Virus record (IMG/VR): IMGVR_UViG_3300031857_000002
Span: 256,176 to 320,175 of that record
Strand: one strand, 5' to 3'
DNA length: 64,000 nt
Part shown: in pieces, positions 1 through 8,116 of the stretch
Numbering within the stretch: position 1 is the first letter of the stretch
Layout: each line of letters opens with the position of its first letter
Notes under the pieces: model-generated
Seen by the model: the letters and a program-made list of their open reading frames with translations, nothing else
What the model was told of the DNA's origin: nothing
Database searches by the model: none
Program-made: the position numbers and the translations under genes

Positions 1-411
1 CATGTGACCCAAGGTTTGTAGATCTCCCTGATTCATGTCAGTCCACAAGGTGCCTGCCACAAAGGTTGTGTCACCGATAGTCAAGCTCTCCTTTTCCATG
101 ATATGGAGGTTTCGGAGCCGGCTCAGACAGCTCCTCATGTGAGCAAGTGTGGTGGCATAGTCACCATGATAGTGTTCGTGATTGCCCAGCACATAGATCA
201 CGTGCGGGAAGCGAGCACAGCATCGTTCAAAGAAATTCTGGTAACGAGTGCTACGATAGTGCTCGCCCATTAAACCCATAGGGTCGGGCTGGGTCAAATC
301 CTTGGCCACACAGATATCGCCTGACAGGATCAGTACTTCTGCGCCTTCAGTATTGTCAAAATCTAAGTCTCCGAATTCAAGATGTATATCGGATACCACT
401 GCTATTTTCAT
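1..411 (-). CDS. Calcineurin-like metallophosphoesterase (3' end runs off the window)
   Basis: Not in ORF track; hand translation from ATG 411: MKIAVVSDIHLEFGDL...LILSGDICV...VIYVLGNHEHY (DxH, GD, GNHE motifs); frame open to position 1. Confidence 0.85.
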   Translation of the reverse strand, partial: MKIAVVSDIHLEFGDLDFDNTEGAEVLILSGDICVAKDLTQPDPMGLMGEHYRSTRYQNFFERCCARFPHVIYVLGNHEHYHGDYATTLAHMRSCLSRLRNLHIMEKESLTIGDTTFVAGTLWTDMNQGDLQTLGHM

Positions 412-751
412 CAAGTTCTTTCAATTGGGATTTCAAAGTCCGTACTGCTGTTTCATCACCATTGTAGATGGCAGCGGACTTTTCGGGATAGCGTTGTTTG
501 AATCTTTTTACTATCTCCACTAGGTTAACTCCCTGACACACAAAATCTTGTGTTATGCTATTATAACAGAAATACTGATTGTCCACAACCTCTACGGTAA
601 GAGGAATCAGTCTTTCCAATTCTAAATCATTAGATACTTCTTCAAGATCCGAATCCGTACGTCGTTTGATCATCCAGGTCATCAAGTTCAGTCCAACATG
701 GATCAGTATCATGATTACCACCCCATTCACAAGAAATTCTATAATGTCCAT
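377..751 (-). CDS. Hypothetical protein with N-terminal TM helix
   Basis: 124-aa ORF, hydrophobic N-terminus; TAAATA 5 nt before ATG; overlaps start of downstream phosphoesterase. Confidence 0.65.
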   Translation of the reverse strand: MDIIEFLVNGVVIMILIHVGLNLMTWMIKRRTDSDLEEVSNDLELERLIPLTVEVVDNQYFCYNSITQDFVCQGVNLVEIVKRFKQRYPEKSAAIYNGDETAVRTLKSQLKELDENSSGIRYTS

Positions 752-759
752 GATTGTAT

Positions 760-1062
760 TTACATCCTCATTGATTCTAAAGTGATCATCTTGCCCAGTT
801 CCTTGTCAAAGTCCAGGTCGTCAGATACCACATACAGTTTGTAGTTGGTACGATCTGTCTTGTGATCATAATGTCGGAATGACACAATCTTGCCGCCCAC
901 AGCTTTGCGAACTGTGATATTGAGTCCGTCCTCTGAGTCAATATCATTACCGCGTATGGTAACTCTGTTTCGAAGAGATTTGCTAAGAGTAGCAGGTTCT
1001 TCATCATACATATCCCGACCGTCTTGATACCATCGATAGATCAAACGTTTAACCCACTTCAT
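760..1062 (-). CDS. Hypothetical protein
   Basis: Start taken at MKWVKR (ATG overlaps TGA of upstream gene). Confidence 0.6.
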   Translation of the reverse strand: MKWVKRLIYRWYQDGRDMYDEEPATLSKSLRNRVTIRGNDIDSEDGLNITVRKAVGGKIVSFRHYDHKTDRTNYKLYVVSDDLDFDKELGKMITLESMRM

Positions 1063-1511
1063 GCTGATTTCCTTTGTTTTAAATATTGTTCCCATTGTAT
1101 CCACTGATTCTTGACCAGGAATCCCCAGTCGCGTTGTTTGGGTCCGGGCATGAACAAGGTCCAGGCTGTGATGTCAGGATCAAGTTCAATGCGATGAAAA
1201 CTGTTGGCCTTGCTGATTCTAAAATGTCCCGGTCCGCGCCACACCTGGTACTCACCAGTTTTTCTTCCCACAGTATCAAAGTGCGGGATCCATTCCCAGT
1301 AGCCACCTTTTAGTATGAGAGTGGCATAAGGCCAAGGATGGTCATGCACATCATCGGGATCTGATTTGAGAAACTTGTGCAAAAACACATTAAACGGGAA
1401 TCGTTCACGTTCCCGGAGAAACAAATAATAGCGTTCAAGATATGGTTCATTTTGTACTCGGTCCATCACAATGCGTTTGCGTCCCAAACGGTCCAAAAGT
1501 TTTAATAGCAT
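1059..1511 (-). CDS. Cupin-fold protein
   Basis: DVHDHPW...ILKGGYWE and FHRIEL cupin-type motifs; SD GGAG and own promoter. Confidence 0.65.
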   Translation of the reverse strand: MLLKLLDRLGRKRIVMDRVQNEPYLERYYLFLRERERFPFNVFLHKFLKSDPDDVHDHPWPYATLILKGGYWEWIPHFDTVGRKTGEYQVWRGPGHFRISKANSFHRIELDPDITAWTLFMPGPKQRDWGFLVKNQWIQWEQYLKQRKSA

Positions 1512-1532
1512 TGGCTACTCCTTTACAACACA

Positions 1533-1561
1533 ATTATACAACATCACGCATTATTTGTCAA
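1533..1561 (-). promoter_or_regulatory. sigma70-type (early) promoter
   Basis: TTGACA-17 bp-TATAAT, perfect consensus, upstream of cupin gene. Confidence 0.85.
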
Positions 1562-1572
1562 TAAGTATTTGG

Positions 1573-2715
1573 ATGGAAAATTATCATCCCGAAACCTATT
1601 GCACCTATGCGTTTGGTGGCTATGCCAGTCACGAAAAATGGATATGTTGTGCCGGAACAGGCCAGTTCAACAGCTTTGCCGAAGTTAACCAAAGTGAAGA
1701 AATCCAACAACTGCGGCAAGCACTACAGCGTGGTGAGCGTCATCCCACCTGTGCAGTGTGTTGGGACGCAGAAGCGGCCGGGAACGCCAGTGCCAGGTCT
1801 GTAGGATCTGCTGATCGAGACTGGCAAAGGATTCAAATTGAATTTGCAGAACCCAAACTGCGACATCTTTGGATTGACAGTGGCAGTGTATGCAACTTGG
1901 CTTGCAGAATCTGCGAACCCAGATACAGTAGCAGTCTCTACAAAGAGCACAAGGATCGATTTGGGCATACCACTGTGCCTATTACCAAGACCAATGTGGC
2001 GTATTTGATCACAGAAGACTTTAGCCAAATCGAAAACATCATGATACTAGGCGGTGAGCCATTTCTGAACCTGGACTATTGTGCTGTGTTAGAGGAAATT
2101 GTGCGCCAAGGTCGTGCTGGCCAATGTACCTTGGTGTTTTTCAGCAATGGTACTGTGCGCCCAAGTCAACGTGTGATAGATTTGCTGGCGCAGTTTTCAC
2201 AAGTGGTATTGTATTTCAGCACTGATGCTGTGGGAGACCAATTTGGGTATGTACGTACCAATGGCATCTGGTCTCAGGTCATAGACAACATCGACTACAT
2301 TGCATCGGCAAGTATTCCGCAGCTCAGGCAGAACTTTCACATAACAGTGAGCGCATTGAATGTGATGTATCTAGATGAGTTACTCTCCTGGATGGCCGAG
2401 TATTATGGTGCTGGACAAGATCCTCGTGCGGTAATTGCCCAAGCCATGAGCGAACACCGAATAACCTACATGGTAACCAATCGTCCCTCGCACTACTCGT
2501 TTGGTATTTTTACTGATGCCCAGCGTCAACAGGTATTAACACATTTGGAACATAGTGCTTTTGATCTACAAGGTATTGCAAATCAAATTACCAACTACTC
2601 CTATACACCTACACATGCTGAAAAGTTCTGGTCAGAGACTGAGTGGACCAAACAGTACCAAGGTCTAGCAGTTGAACAATACCTACCAAGGTTGGTCAAC
2701 ATCTTGCAGTCGTAA
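1573..2715 (+). CDS. Radical SAM protein with N-terminal Cys-rich (twitch/SPASM-like) segment
   Basis: CNLACRIC (CxxxCxxC), ILGGEPF, FSNG, FSTDAVG; N-terminal C..CC..CAVC; start MENY 5 nt after TAAGTA. Confidence 0.85.
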   Translation: MENYHPETYCTYAFGGYASHEKWICCAGTGQFNSFAEVNQSEEIQQLRQALQRGERHPTCAVCWDAEAAGNASARSVGSADRDWQRIQIEFAEPKLRHLWIDSGSVCNLACRICEPRYSSSLYKEHKDRFGHTTVPITKTNVAYLITEDFSQIENIMILGGEPFLNLDYCAVLEEIVRQGRAGQCTLVFFSNGTVRPSQRVIDLLAQFSQVVLYFSTDAVGDQFGYVRTNGIWSQVIDNIDYIASASIPQLRQNFHITVSALNVMYLDELLSWMAEYYGAGQDPRAVIAQAMSEHRITYMVTNRPSHYSFGIFTDAQRQQVLTHLEHSAFDLQGIANQITNYSYTPTHAEKFWSETEWTKQYQGLAVEQYLPRLVNILQS

Positions 2716-2742
2716 AAAAAGGCTGCCGTAAGCAACCTTTTT
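2716..2742. terminator. Bidirectional intrinsic terminator
   Basis: AAAAAAGGCTGCCGTAAGCAACCTTTTTT between convergent genes. Confidence 0.7.
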
Positions 2743-2776
2743 TGGTGTGACCCCTGGGATGGAGTCAGCGGGTCTA

Positions 2777-3043
2777 TTAGACCAGGCCCATGGCCATAGC
2801 TTTGTAACCAGCGGCTACTAACTTGCGGCTTGGTTTGCCAATCACATATTCTGTAACTTTAACACCATTGCCAGCCACACGCTGGTTGGCATATACTGCA
2901 AAGCCAGCTTGGCGGATGCGGCTGACTTCGGCGCTGATGTTTTTAACACCAAAACGCTTTTCAGCTTGGCTAGCTGTAACTGTCTCGCCTTTGTGCAAAG
3001 CAGAGAACAATTTGTAAGTTTTTGTTTCAGGATTGAATCGCAT
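2777..3043 (-). CDS. Small helix-turn-helix DNA-binding protein
   Basis: VTASQAEKRFGVKNISAEVSRIRQAG is HTH-like; start at MRFN. Confidence 0.55.
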   Translation of the reverse strand: MRFNPETKTYKLFSALHKGETVTASQAEKRFGVKNISAEVSRIRQAGFAVYANQRVAGNGVKVTEYVIGKPSRKLVAAGYKAMAMGLV

Positions 3044-3262
3044 ATTAAATTTACCTTTCATGTAAAAATACTGTTTGCGTACAGTATGTCACTATTATAC
3101 AGGCATTATAACACAAACACAACGGCATTTGGCACAGCATTTGCCAAAACAAAATATTTTGGCAACATGTACAAAACGTGTAAACGTTTGGCAGAGCTGT
3201 GGCGTTATATATGTGTAGCCAGGAAGGTCTTGGTCTACCAGTTTCTAATCAAGGAGATTACC

Positions 3263-3466
3263 ATGAAACAACTTATTACTCTTATTGCCACCACTGTATT
3301 TGCAGTTTCTGTTTTTGCCCAGGCACCTGCTGCCAAGAAAGAAGAAAAGAAAGCTGATGCCAAGCCTGCTGTTACAGCACCAGCACCTGCCGCAACTGCG
3401 CCAGCAACGCCTGCCAAAAGTGAGCCTGCTAAGAAAGACGACAAGAAAGACGCTTCTAAGAAGTAA
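3263..3466 (+). CDS. Small secreted Ala/Lys/Pro-rich protein
   Basis: SD AAGGAG, signal peptide MKQLITLIATTVFAVSVFA, low-complexity tail. Confidence 0.75.
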   Translation: MKQLITLIATTVFAVSVFAQAPAAKKEEKKADAKPAVTAPAPAATAPATPAKSEPAKKDDKKDASKK

Positions 3467-3647
3467 TCCTAAGGGTCTAGACGACGGTGATTTTGAAGTT
3501 GATGATGAAGTCACTTTTGGACGTAATCGGAGGAGTTTGGAGTTTGGAAAACTAGTCCACGATGAAGATCTTTCTGATTATGTGCTAGATAGATTGTACT
3601 TGGCCAGGATGTTGGCCTTGAAAAAACATCAAGAAGTTTGGACCTAA
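3357..3647 (+). CDS. Overlapping +1-frame ORF with protein-like acidic C-terminal part (start uncertain)
   Basis: 3467-3647 translates as DDGDFEVDDEV...LSDYVLDRLYLARMLALKKHQEVWT, ends just before a terminator; nearest usable upstream ATG in frame is 3357, inside previous gene. Confidence 0.45.
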   Translation: MPSLLLQHQHLPQLRQQRLPKVSLLRKTTRKTLLRSNPKGLDDGDFEVDDEVTFGRNRRSLEFGKLVHDEDLSDYVLDRLYLARMLALKKHQEVWT

Positions 3648-3652
3648 AAGGT

Positions 3653-3681
3653 AAAAAAACCTGTCGCAAGGCAGGTTTTTT
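3653..3681 (+). terminator. Intrinsic terminator
   Basis: AAAAAAACCTGTCGCAAGGCAGGTTTTTT. Confidence 0.8.
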
Positions 3682-3738
3682 AATGGTTTTGTAATATTAC
3701 GATGATAAATAGCTGTACATAAAGAAACGGCGTATATT

Positions 3739-4170
3739 ATGTTACACACAATCACATGCATCACAGAAGACCTAGAAACTCTGATCAAAGACGACCCTGT
3801 TCGTCCAGAGATACCATTGACCGATCGTGTCAATATTAACAGTCGAATGTATGTGCTCAAGGATGGTGACAAGACCGAAGCTGTGACCTGTGTGAAGTTT
3901 CTGAACTCAATTCCTGAGGCTGTGGAGGACATGGCTGGAATTGTGGAGAGTGCCACAACTGCTGTTTTTTACACAATTTGGAGTTACGCCGCAGGCGCTG
4001 GCCGTACCTTGATCCAAGAAGCCCAGAAGTCAATTGAAGCAGAGTTTCCGGGCATTGATACCTATGTGACCTTGAGTCCCAAGACTGAAATGGCTCGACG
4101 TTTCCATTTGAAGAATGGTGCTGGTATCTACCGCGAAAATTCTACCACCATCAACTACATCTATAAGTAA
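3739..4170 (+). CDS. Putative GNAT-fold acyltransferase-like protein
   Basis: FYTIWSY..GAGRTLI (motif A-like) and ARRFHLKNGA (motif B-like). Confidence 0.5.
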   Translation: MLHTITCITEDLETLIKDDPVRPEIPLTDRVNINSRMYVLKDGDKTEAVTCVKFLNSIPEAVEDMAGIVESATTAVFYTIWSYAAGAGRTLIQEAQKSIEAEFPGIDTYVTLSPKTEMARRFHLKNGAGIYRENSTTINYIYK

Positions 4171-4242
4171 ACATGCTCGTGTAGCAATCTTGTCCTGCAA
4201 GGGGCGGGACTTGAACGACACACACATACACAGGAGAAAAAC

Positions 4243-4470
4243 ATGAGCAAAACACCTTACGAGATCCGTCTCGAACTTCTTAATCTGGCCAAAGAAATTC
4301 TTTCAACACCAGTCCATGAAAAACGCAACAAACTCAGCGACGAATATCATTCCAAACTGACTGATGCCAATCGTGATAGTTTACCGTTTCCAACCATGCC
4401 CGACTTTCCGTCAACAACGGCCATTGTTGCTGAAGCAGAAGCACTCAAGAAGTTTGTAGACCAAGCGTAA
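4243..4470 (+). CDS. Small hypothetical protein (KTPYEIRLELL)
   Basis: SD CAGGAGA, 75 aa, terminator follows. Confidence 0.75.
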   Translation: MSKTPYEIRLELLNLAKEILSTPVHEKRNKLSDEYHSKLTDANRDSLPFPTMPDFPSTTAIVAEAEALKKFVDQA

Positions 4471-4497
4471 AAAACAAAAGCCCCGCAAGGGGCTTTC
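4471..4497. terminator. Bidirectional intrinsic terminator
   Basis: AAAAGCCCCGCAAGGGGCTTTCTT between convergent genes. Confidence 0.8.
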
Positions 4498-4845
4498 TTA
4501 TGGTTGTATGCTTTTGACGTGTTTACAATCACCTCGGAACCTAAATCCTGAACAGGTGCAAGAAAGGTAGCCATTGGCCTCAGTTACTTTGTACACATCA
4601 CCCTTTGATCCTTGAACTTCCCATACACGACCTTCGGGCTCTTCCTTTGTGACAATCTTGTACTGAGTAGAGCTCTCTACAAACTTGCGGCCACGAGTGT
4701 CAATTTTGATTGGGTTTTTGAACTGCTTGGGAGTGCCGCTACCGGGACTGACGTAGGCATACAGTTTGGTCTTGGAGTCGTTCAAGAGATAGGTGCCGTT
4801 GGGCATGCTATCTGTGTATGCGGTTGTCTCTGAGTACCACTTCAT
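4498..4845 (-). CDS. SWIM zinc-finger protein
   Basis: YKV...LSCTCSGFRFRGDCKHV = CxC-x(n)-CxH. Confidence 0.8.
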   Translation of the reverse strand: MKWYSETTAYTDSMPNGTYLLNDSKTKLYAYVSPGSGTPKQFKNPIKIDTRGRKFVESSTQYKIVTKEEPEGRVWEVQGSKGDVYKVTEANGYLSCTCSGFRFRGDCKHVKSIQP

Positions 4846-5075
4846 TCTACTAGGCCCACGCTTTTCTTGATCTCATAGCGAGCAATCTTCTCGTCAAAGT
4901 ACATGCGGGTACCTTCCATGTAAGGACTTGCTACCACAATCTCACCAATCTCTGCGGCCACTAACTGGGCAAAGCGAGTGAGAATGCTTTGAGTGTCTTC
5001 CATCTGATCCAAGGGATCTCGGTCCAGAATTGTTTGGTAGTCGTTAATGAGTTTTTGTACGTTCTGATGAATCAT
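4842..5075 (-). CDS. Hypothetical protein
   Basis: 77-aa ORF coupled to next gene by 4-nt overlap. Confidence 0.6.
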   Translation of the reverse strand: MIHQNVQKLINDYQTILDRDPLDQMEDTQSILTRFAQLVAAEIGEIVVASPYMEGTRMYFDEKIARYEIKKSVGLVE

Positions 5076-5084
5076 TTTGTTGCC

Positions 5085-5168
5085 TTAAATCTTTGTAAGA
5101 ATCCAAACCTTCACAGCAAAGATCACAACGACCACTGCTGTTGTTACAATAATTTCTAAGTCTGTCAT
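5085..5168 (-). CDS. 27-aa single-TM peptide
   Basis: MTDLEIIVTTAVVVVIFAVKVWILTKI; start overlaps stop of upstream gene; below ORF-track cutoff. Confidence 0.5.
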   Translation of the reverse strand: MTDLEIIVTTAVVVVIFAVKVWILTKI

Positions 5169-5446
5169 CACATGCTCCAGTAGGCTTCGCTGTCAACTCG
5201 GCAAGCCCAAGGTGTGTCAGCATCAATTTCCACAGGCTTGCCTGTCATCAAATTACGAACAGTGATCTTGGGTGCCGTGTAAGTGTCACGTGCCACAATG
5301 TTCAGTTGGCTTTCGTTCCAACCTGCTTTGTTGCAGAGACGTGTACGGGTGGCTTTGGCGGCACCAAATGTTTTGTATGCACGAGTTTTGTTAGGACCGT
5401 CTGTAACGATAAGACCGGTACCTTTAGCTACGATTACATAAGACAT
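5168..5446 (-). CDS. Hypothetical early protein
   Basis: Start MSYVIV after SD AAGGAG of promoter cassette. Confidence 0.7.
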   Translation of the reverse strand: MSYVIVAKGTGLIVTDGPNKTRAYKTFGAAKATRTRLCNKAGWNESQLNIVARDTYTAPKITVRNLMTGKPVEIDADTPWACRVDSEAYWSM

Positions 5447-5452
5447 CTTGAA

Positions 5453-5507
5453 CTCCTTTTTAATTACTATACAAGTATTATAGCAAATTGGGATATTTTG
5501 GTCAACC
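5453..5507 (-). repeat. Early promoter-RBS cassette, copy 1 of 6
   Basis: GGTTGACC-17 bp-TATAATACTTGTATAGTAATTAAAAAGGAG; -35 at 5500-5505, -10 at 5477-5482. Confidence 0.9.
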
Positions 5508-5534
5508 TTTTTGTGTGTTGTAAAAAAACAACAC

Positions 5535-5936
5535 TTACAGCTCAATAGCCCTGCGGAACAAGATTTCTTGTTTGGCAAATGCCTGAATCTCCCAAGGCTG
5601 GTCCAGGTACGGCACCTTGCGTCCGTAGTACTTGCCTTTCCACAGCTTGCCACGTGGGGTCAACTGCAAGGTGCCTTTGGCAAACTGTGCTACATGAGTG
5701 AGCTCGTGTGCCAGGGTTGCACCCAACAAGGTTTTGTCTTTTTGCGGTTTGATCACAACCAAGTAGGTGTCAAGGCCATTAAGCGGCACAGTGGTGCCCA
5801 GGTCCTCAAGATCACGGTCTATCATAACATGCAGGAATTTTTTGCTGGTAGTCAGTTTCAACTGCTCTAGCATGGAAGGAAGCAAGCTCTCAACAAAACG
5901 TTTGGTTTGGCCTCGGCCGTCAACATGAAATTCCAT
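5535..5936 (-). CDS. Putative Zn-metallopeptidase (HExxH)
   Basis: TLAHELTHVAQ plus downstream PWEIQA glutamate. Confidence 0.7.
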   Translation of the reverse strand: MEFHVDGRGQTKRFVESLLPSMLEQLKLTTSKKFLHVMIDRDLEDLGTTVPLNGLDTYLVVIKPQKDKTLLGATLAHELTHVAQFAKGTLQLTPRGKLWKGKYYGRKVPYLDQPWEIQAFAKQEILFRRAIEL

Positions 5937-5942
5937 GTGTCA

Positions 5943-5997
5943 CTCCTTTTTAATTACTATACAAGTATTATAGCAAATGGGGATTTATTGGTCAACC
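5943..5997 (-). repeat. Early promoter-RBS cassette, copy 2
   Basis: Near-identical to 5453-5507; TTGACC-17-TATAAT then AAGGAG. Confidence 0.9.
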
Positions 5998-6402
5998 AAA
6001 GATTTCCATGGTGTTGTACAGTTGATCCTGGGGTACATTATGCTGACGATAGCCCTCTAGTACTGTTGCAAAATAACCACGACTTGGAGGTTCATCCAAA
6101 TGTCCAGGTTGCATGTAGTAAGTTTCTGCCAACACAGTCCTGCCCTCAAACGCCACTCTAAGAGCACGGCGATTGTAGTAGTAAGGAAACCCTTCTAAGC
6201 TGTCAAGTGCTTTTAGATGGCTGTTGTTGATTTCCCACAGTACTCCGTCCACAAAAGACCCGCGACATTTTACAACATCGGCATGGGTGGCAAAACGGAA
6301 CACATGGTCAATCAAGCGGGCATGCCCAAAACTTGTTGCGCCAGGGCAACGTAGAGCCATTTCGGCCTGATTTGTGTTCATTCCATAAGAAAAATATAGC
6401 AT
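5992..6402 (-). CDS. Gamma-glutamylcyclotransferase (GGCT/AIG2-like)
   Basis: YFSYGMN, GVLWEI, LDSLEGFP..Y motifs; apparently leaderless. Confidence 0.8.
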   Translation of the reverse strand: MLYFSYGMNTNQAEMALRCPGATSFGHARLIDHVFRFATHADVVKCRGSFVDGVLWEINNSHLKALDSLEGFPYYYNRRALRVAFEGRTVLAETYYMQPGHLDEPPSRGYFATVLEGYRQHNVPQDQLYNTMEIFG

Positions 6403-6439
6403 ACAAGTATTATAGCAAACTGTAGATTAATGGTCAACC
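6402..6439 (-). repeat. Early promoter cassette, copy 3 (truncated; ATA replaced by ATG)
   Basis: GGTTGACC-17-TATAATACTTGT then ATG; no SD. Confidence 0.8.
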
Positions 6440-6502
6440 GGGAGTTATAGGAATATATTAGTGGAAACCACTAGTGGTAAATACGTAGAAGGAAATAAAA
6501 TC

Positions 6503-6673
6503 ATGACACAAACCATAGCACGACTACTGGAAAGGTTGGGTGAAATGTTCCCGGGATCTGACTACCAGAGCCGCTTGGACTCATATCTAAGCACCAAAGG
6601 CATTACCGATACTGCACAGTTGGAAACCTACATCCGACAATATCAATATTCTCAAAAGGAAACTTATCTATGA
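6503..6673 (+). CDS. Small protein, DUF3563-like
   Basis: LLERLGEMF...RLDSYLS...DTAQLETYIRQY resembles betaproteobacterial DUF3563 peptides; SD AAGGA. Confidence 0.5.
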   Translation: MTQTIARLLERLGEMFPGSDYQSRLDSYLSTKGITDTAQLETYIRQYQYSQKETYL

Positions 6674-6774
6674 AAAACTTTATCAACACACTATATGACG
6701 GTCTAATTTCTTGGGCTGAAATGATTCACGAATACCGTCAAAGCCCTGCCAGCAAATACAACTACTGGAAATGA
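6670..6774 (+). CDS. 34-aa peptide
   Basis: MKNFINTLYDGLISWAEMIHEYRQSPASKYNYWK; ATGA overlap with previous gene. Confidence 0.55.
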   Translation: MKNFINTLYDGLISWAEMIHEYRQSPASKYNYWK

Positions 6775-6776
6775 TT

Positions 6777-6860
6777 ATGGACATAGAATTAGTGGCAATT
6801 CAAATTATTCTGTTTGGTATAATAATTCTAGTGTATATGGTACAGGAGTTTGATAAATGA
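6777..6860 (+). CDS. 27-aa TM peptide
   Basis: MDIELVAIQIILFGIIILVYMVQEFDK; 2 nt after previous stop. Confidence 0.5.
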   Translation: MDIELVAIQIILFGIIILVYMVQEFDK

Positions 6861-6955
6861 GCTTGATAGAAACTCTTGTGATGTTGTTGCGCTGGAAACA
6901 ACAGGGATGGGAAGTGCATCCTTTAATTGCCGACGAATTTGCCGGCTGGATTTAA
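6857..6955 (+). CDS. 32-aa peptide
   Basis: MSLIETLVMLLRWKQQGWEVHPLIADEFAGWI; SD CAGGAG, ATGA overlap. Confidence 0.55.
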   Translation: MSLIETLVMLLRWKQQGWEVHPLIADEFAGWI

Positions 6956-6988
6956 ATAGATGTTGCAGGGTCTAACATTAAATAGATC

Positions 6989-8116
6989 ATGCAATGTAAA
7001 TTTTTAAAACATGGTCTGGCTATCAGTTACGACCACGTGGTCAAGCCCTGTTGTGAATGGCAGCAGGATTCCAATTACCCAATTCAGAATCACATCAGTC
7101 AAGTTGACCTATCAACTTGGCATCAAAAAAACAAAGTTTTTGAGCAACAATTGGCCAACAATGAATGGCCTGTAGCCTGTGGTCAATGTCAGCACAGAGA
7201 ACAACAAAATCGTCAAGACAGCATAAGATTAAACGGCAAACAATCCTATGCTCATTACACCGAAGACGATATTACTTTGGAAATTCGTCCAGGCAATGTG
7301 TGTAACTTTAGCTGCCAAACTTGCTGGCCAGAAGCCAGCAGTCGTGTGAGTCAACATCATGCACAGGCAGGATTGATTAATATCAAGTCTATTGACAGTA
7401 AACAAATAGATAACTTTGACTTTTTACTACCGATTGCCTCAAGGATCAAAGATGTAGTGTTGCTGGGCGGGGAACCATTTTATGATCCTAACTGTAAAAA
7501 GTTTCTAGCCTGGTCACAACAAAATCTTCGCAGCCGCATCACAATGTTTACCAATGGTAGTGCGGTAGACTGGGATTGGGTTGATAGTTATCCTGGACGG
7601 ATCACCATGGTGTTTAGCATAGATGCTGTGGGCACCGCAGCCGAGTACATTAGATTTGGAACCGACTGGTCACAAGTTCTATCTAATTTTCAACAGGCTC
7701 AAGCACACGCCAAGGTAGATCTACGGGTAAACATCACTGCATCTGTGTACAACTACTACCACCTGGACCAGGTGATTGATTTGTTACTGCCACACTGGCC
7801 TACAGTAGTGACATTTGGCAGTCCCAGAATTGAGTATTTTTTAGAATCCTGTGTGCCGCTAAGGCATCGTACTGCAATAATTGATCGATTACAATTGGCA
7901 TGTGTGCGCATCATGAAAAGCACAGTACCACCAGATCAAAAAACCAATGCAATAAATGCACTAAAATCTATTATTACAAATTTAAAAGTCAAGGACTGGG
8001 ACCAAGACCAGTACACCGCGTTAAAAATCTATGTGCAAAAGATGGATCAGGTCAAACATGTAACTGTGAGAGATCACTGTGAATTTTTAGCTGATGTGTT
8101 AGATTTTTCCGAATAG
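6989..8116 (+). CDS. Radical SAM protein with N-terminal Cys-rich segment
   Basis: CNFSCQTC, LLGGEPF, FTNG, FSIDAVG; N-terminal C..PCC..CGQC. Confidence 0.85.
   Translation: MQCKFLKHGLAISYDHVVKPCCEWQQDSNYPIQNHISQVDLSTWHQKNKVFEQQLANNEWPVACGQCQHREQQNRQDSIRLNGKQSYAHYTEDDITLEIRPGNVCNFSCQTCWPEASSRVSQHHAQAGLINIKSIDSKQIDNFDFLLPIASRIKDVVLLGGEPFYDPNCKKFLAWSQQNLRSRITMFTNGSAVDWDWVDSYPGRITMVFSIDAVGTAAEYIRFGTDWSQVLSNFQQAQAHAKVDLRVNITASVYNYYHLDQVIDLLLPHWPTVVTFGSPRIEYFLESCVPLRHRTAIIDRLQLACVRIMKSTVPPDQKTNAINALKSIITNLKVKDWDQDQYTALKIYVQKMDQVKHVTVRDHCEFLADVLDFSE

Noticed and set aside
2747-2775. Extra hairpin GACCC-G-CTG/CAG-GGGTC beside the terminator
   Set aside because: Single short bulged stem; explained as a 3' stabilising hairpin, no further structure
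2909-3262. Long N-terminal extension in the 185-aa track ORF
   Set aside because: Runs antisense over the HTH gene and promoter region; SD and signal peptide place the start at 3263
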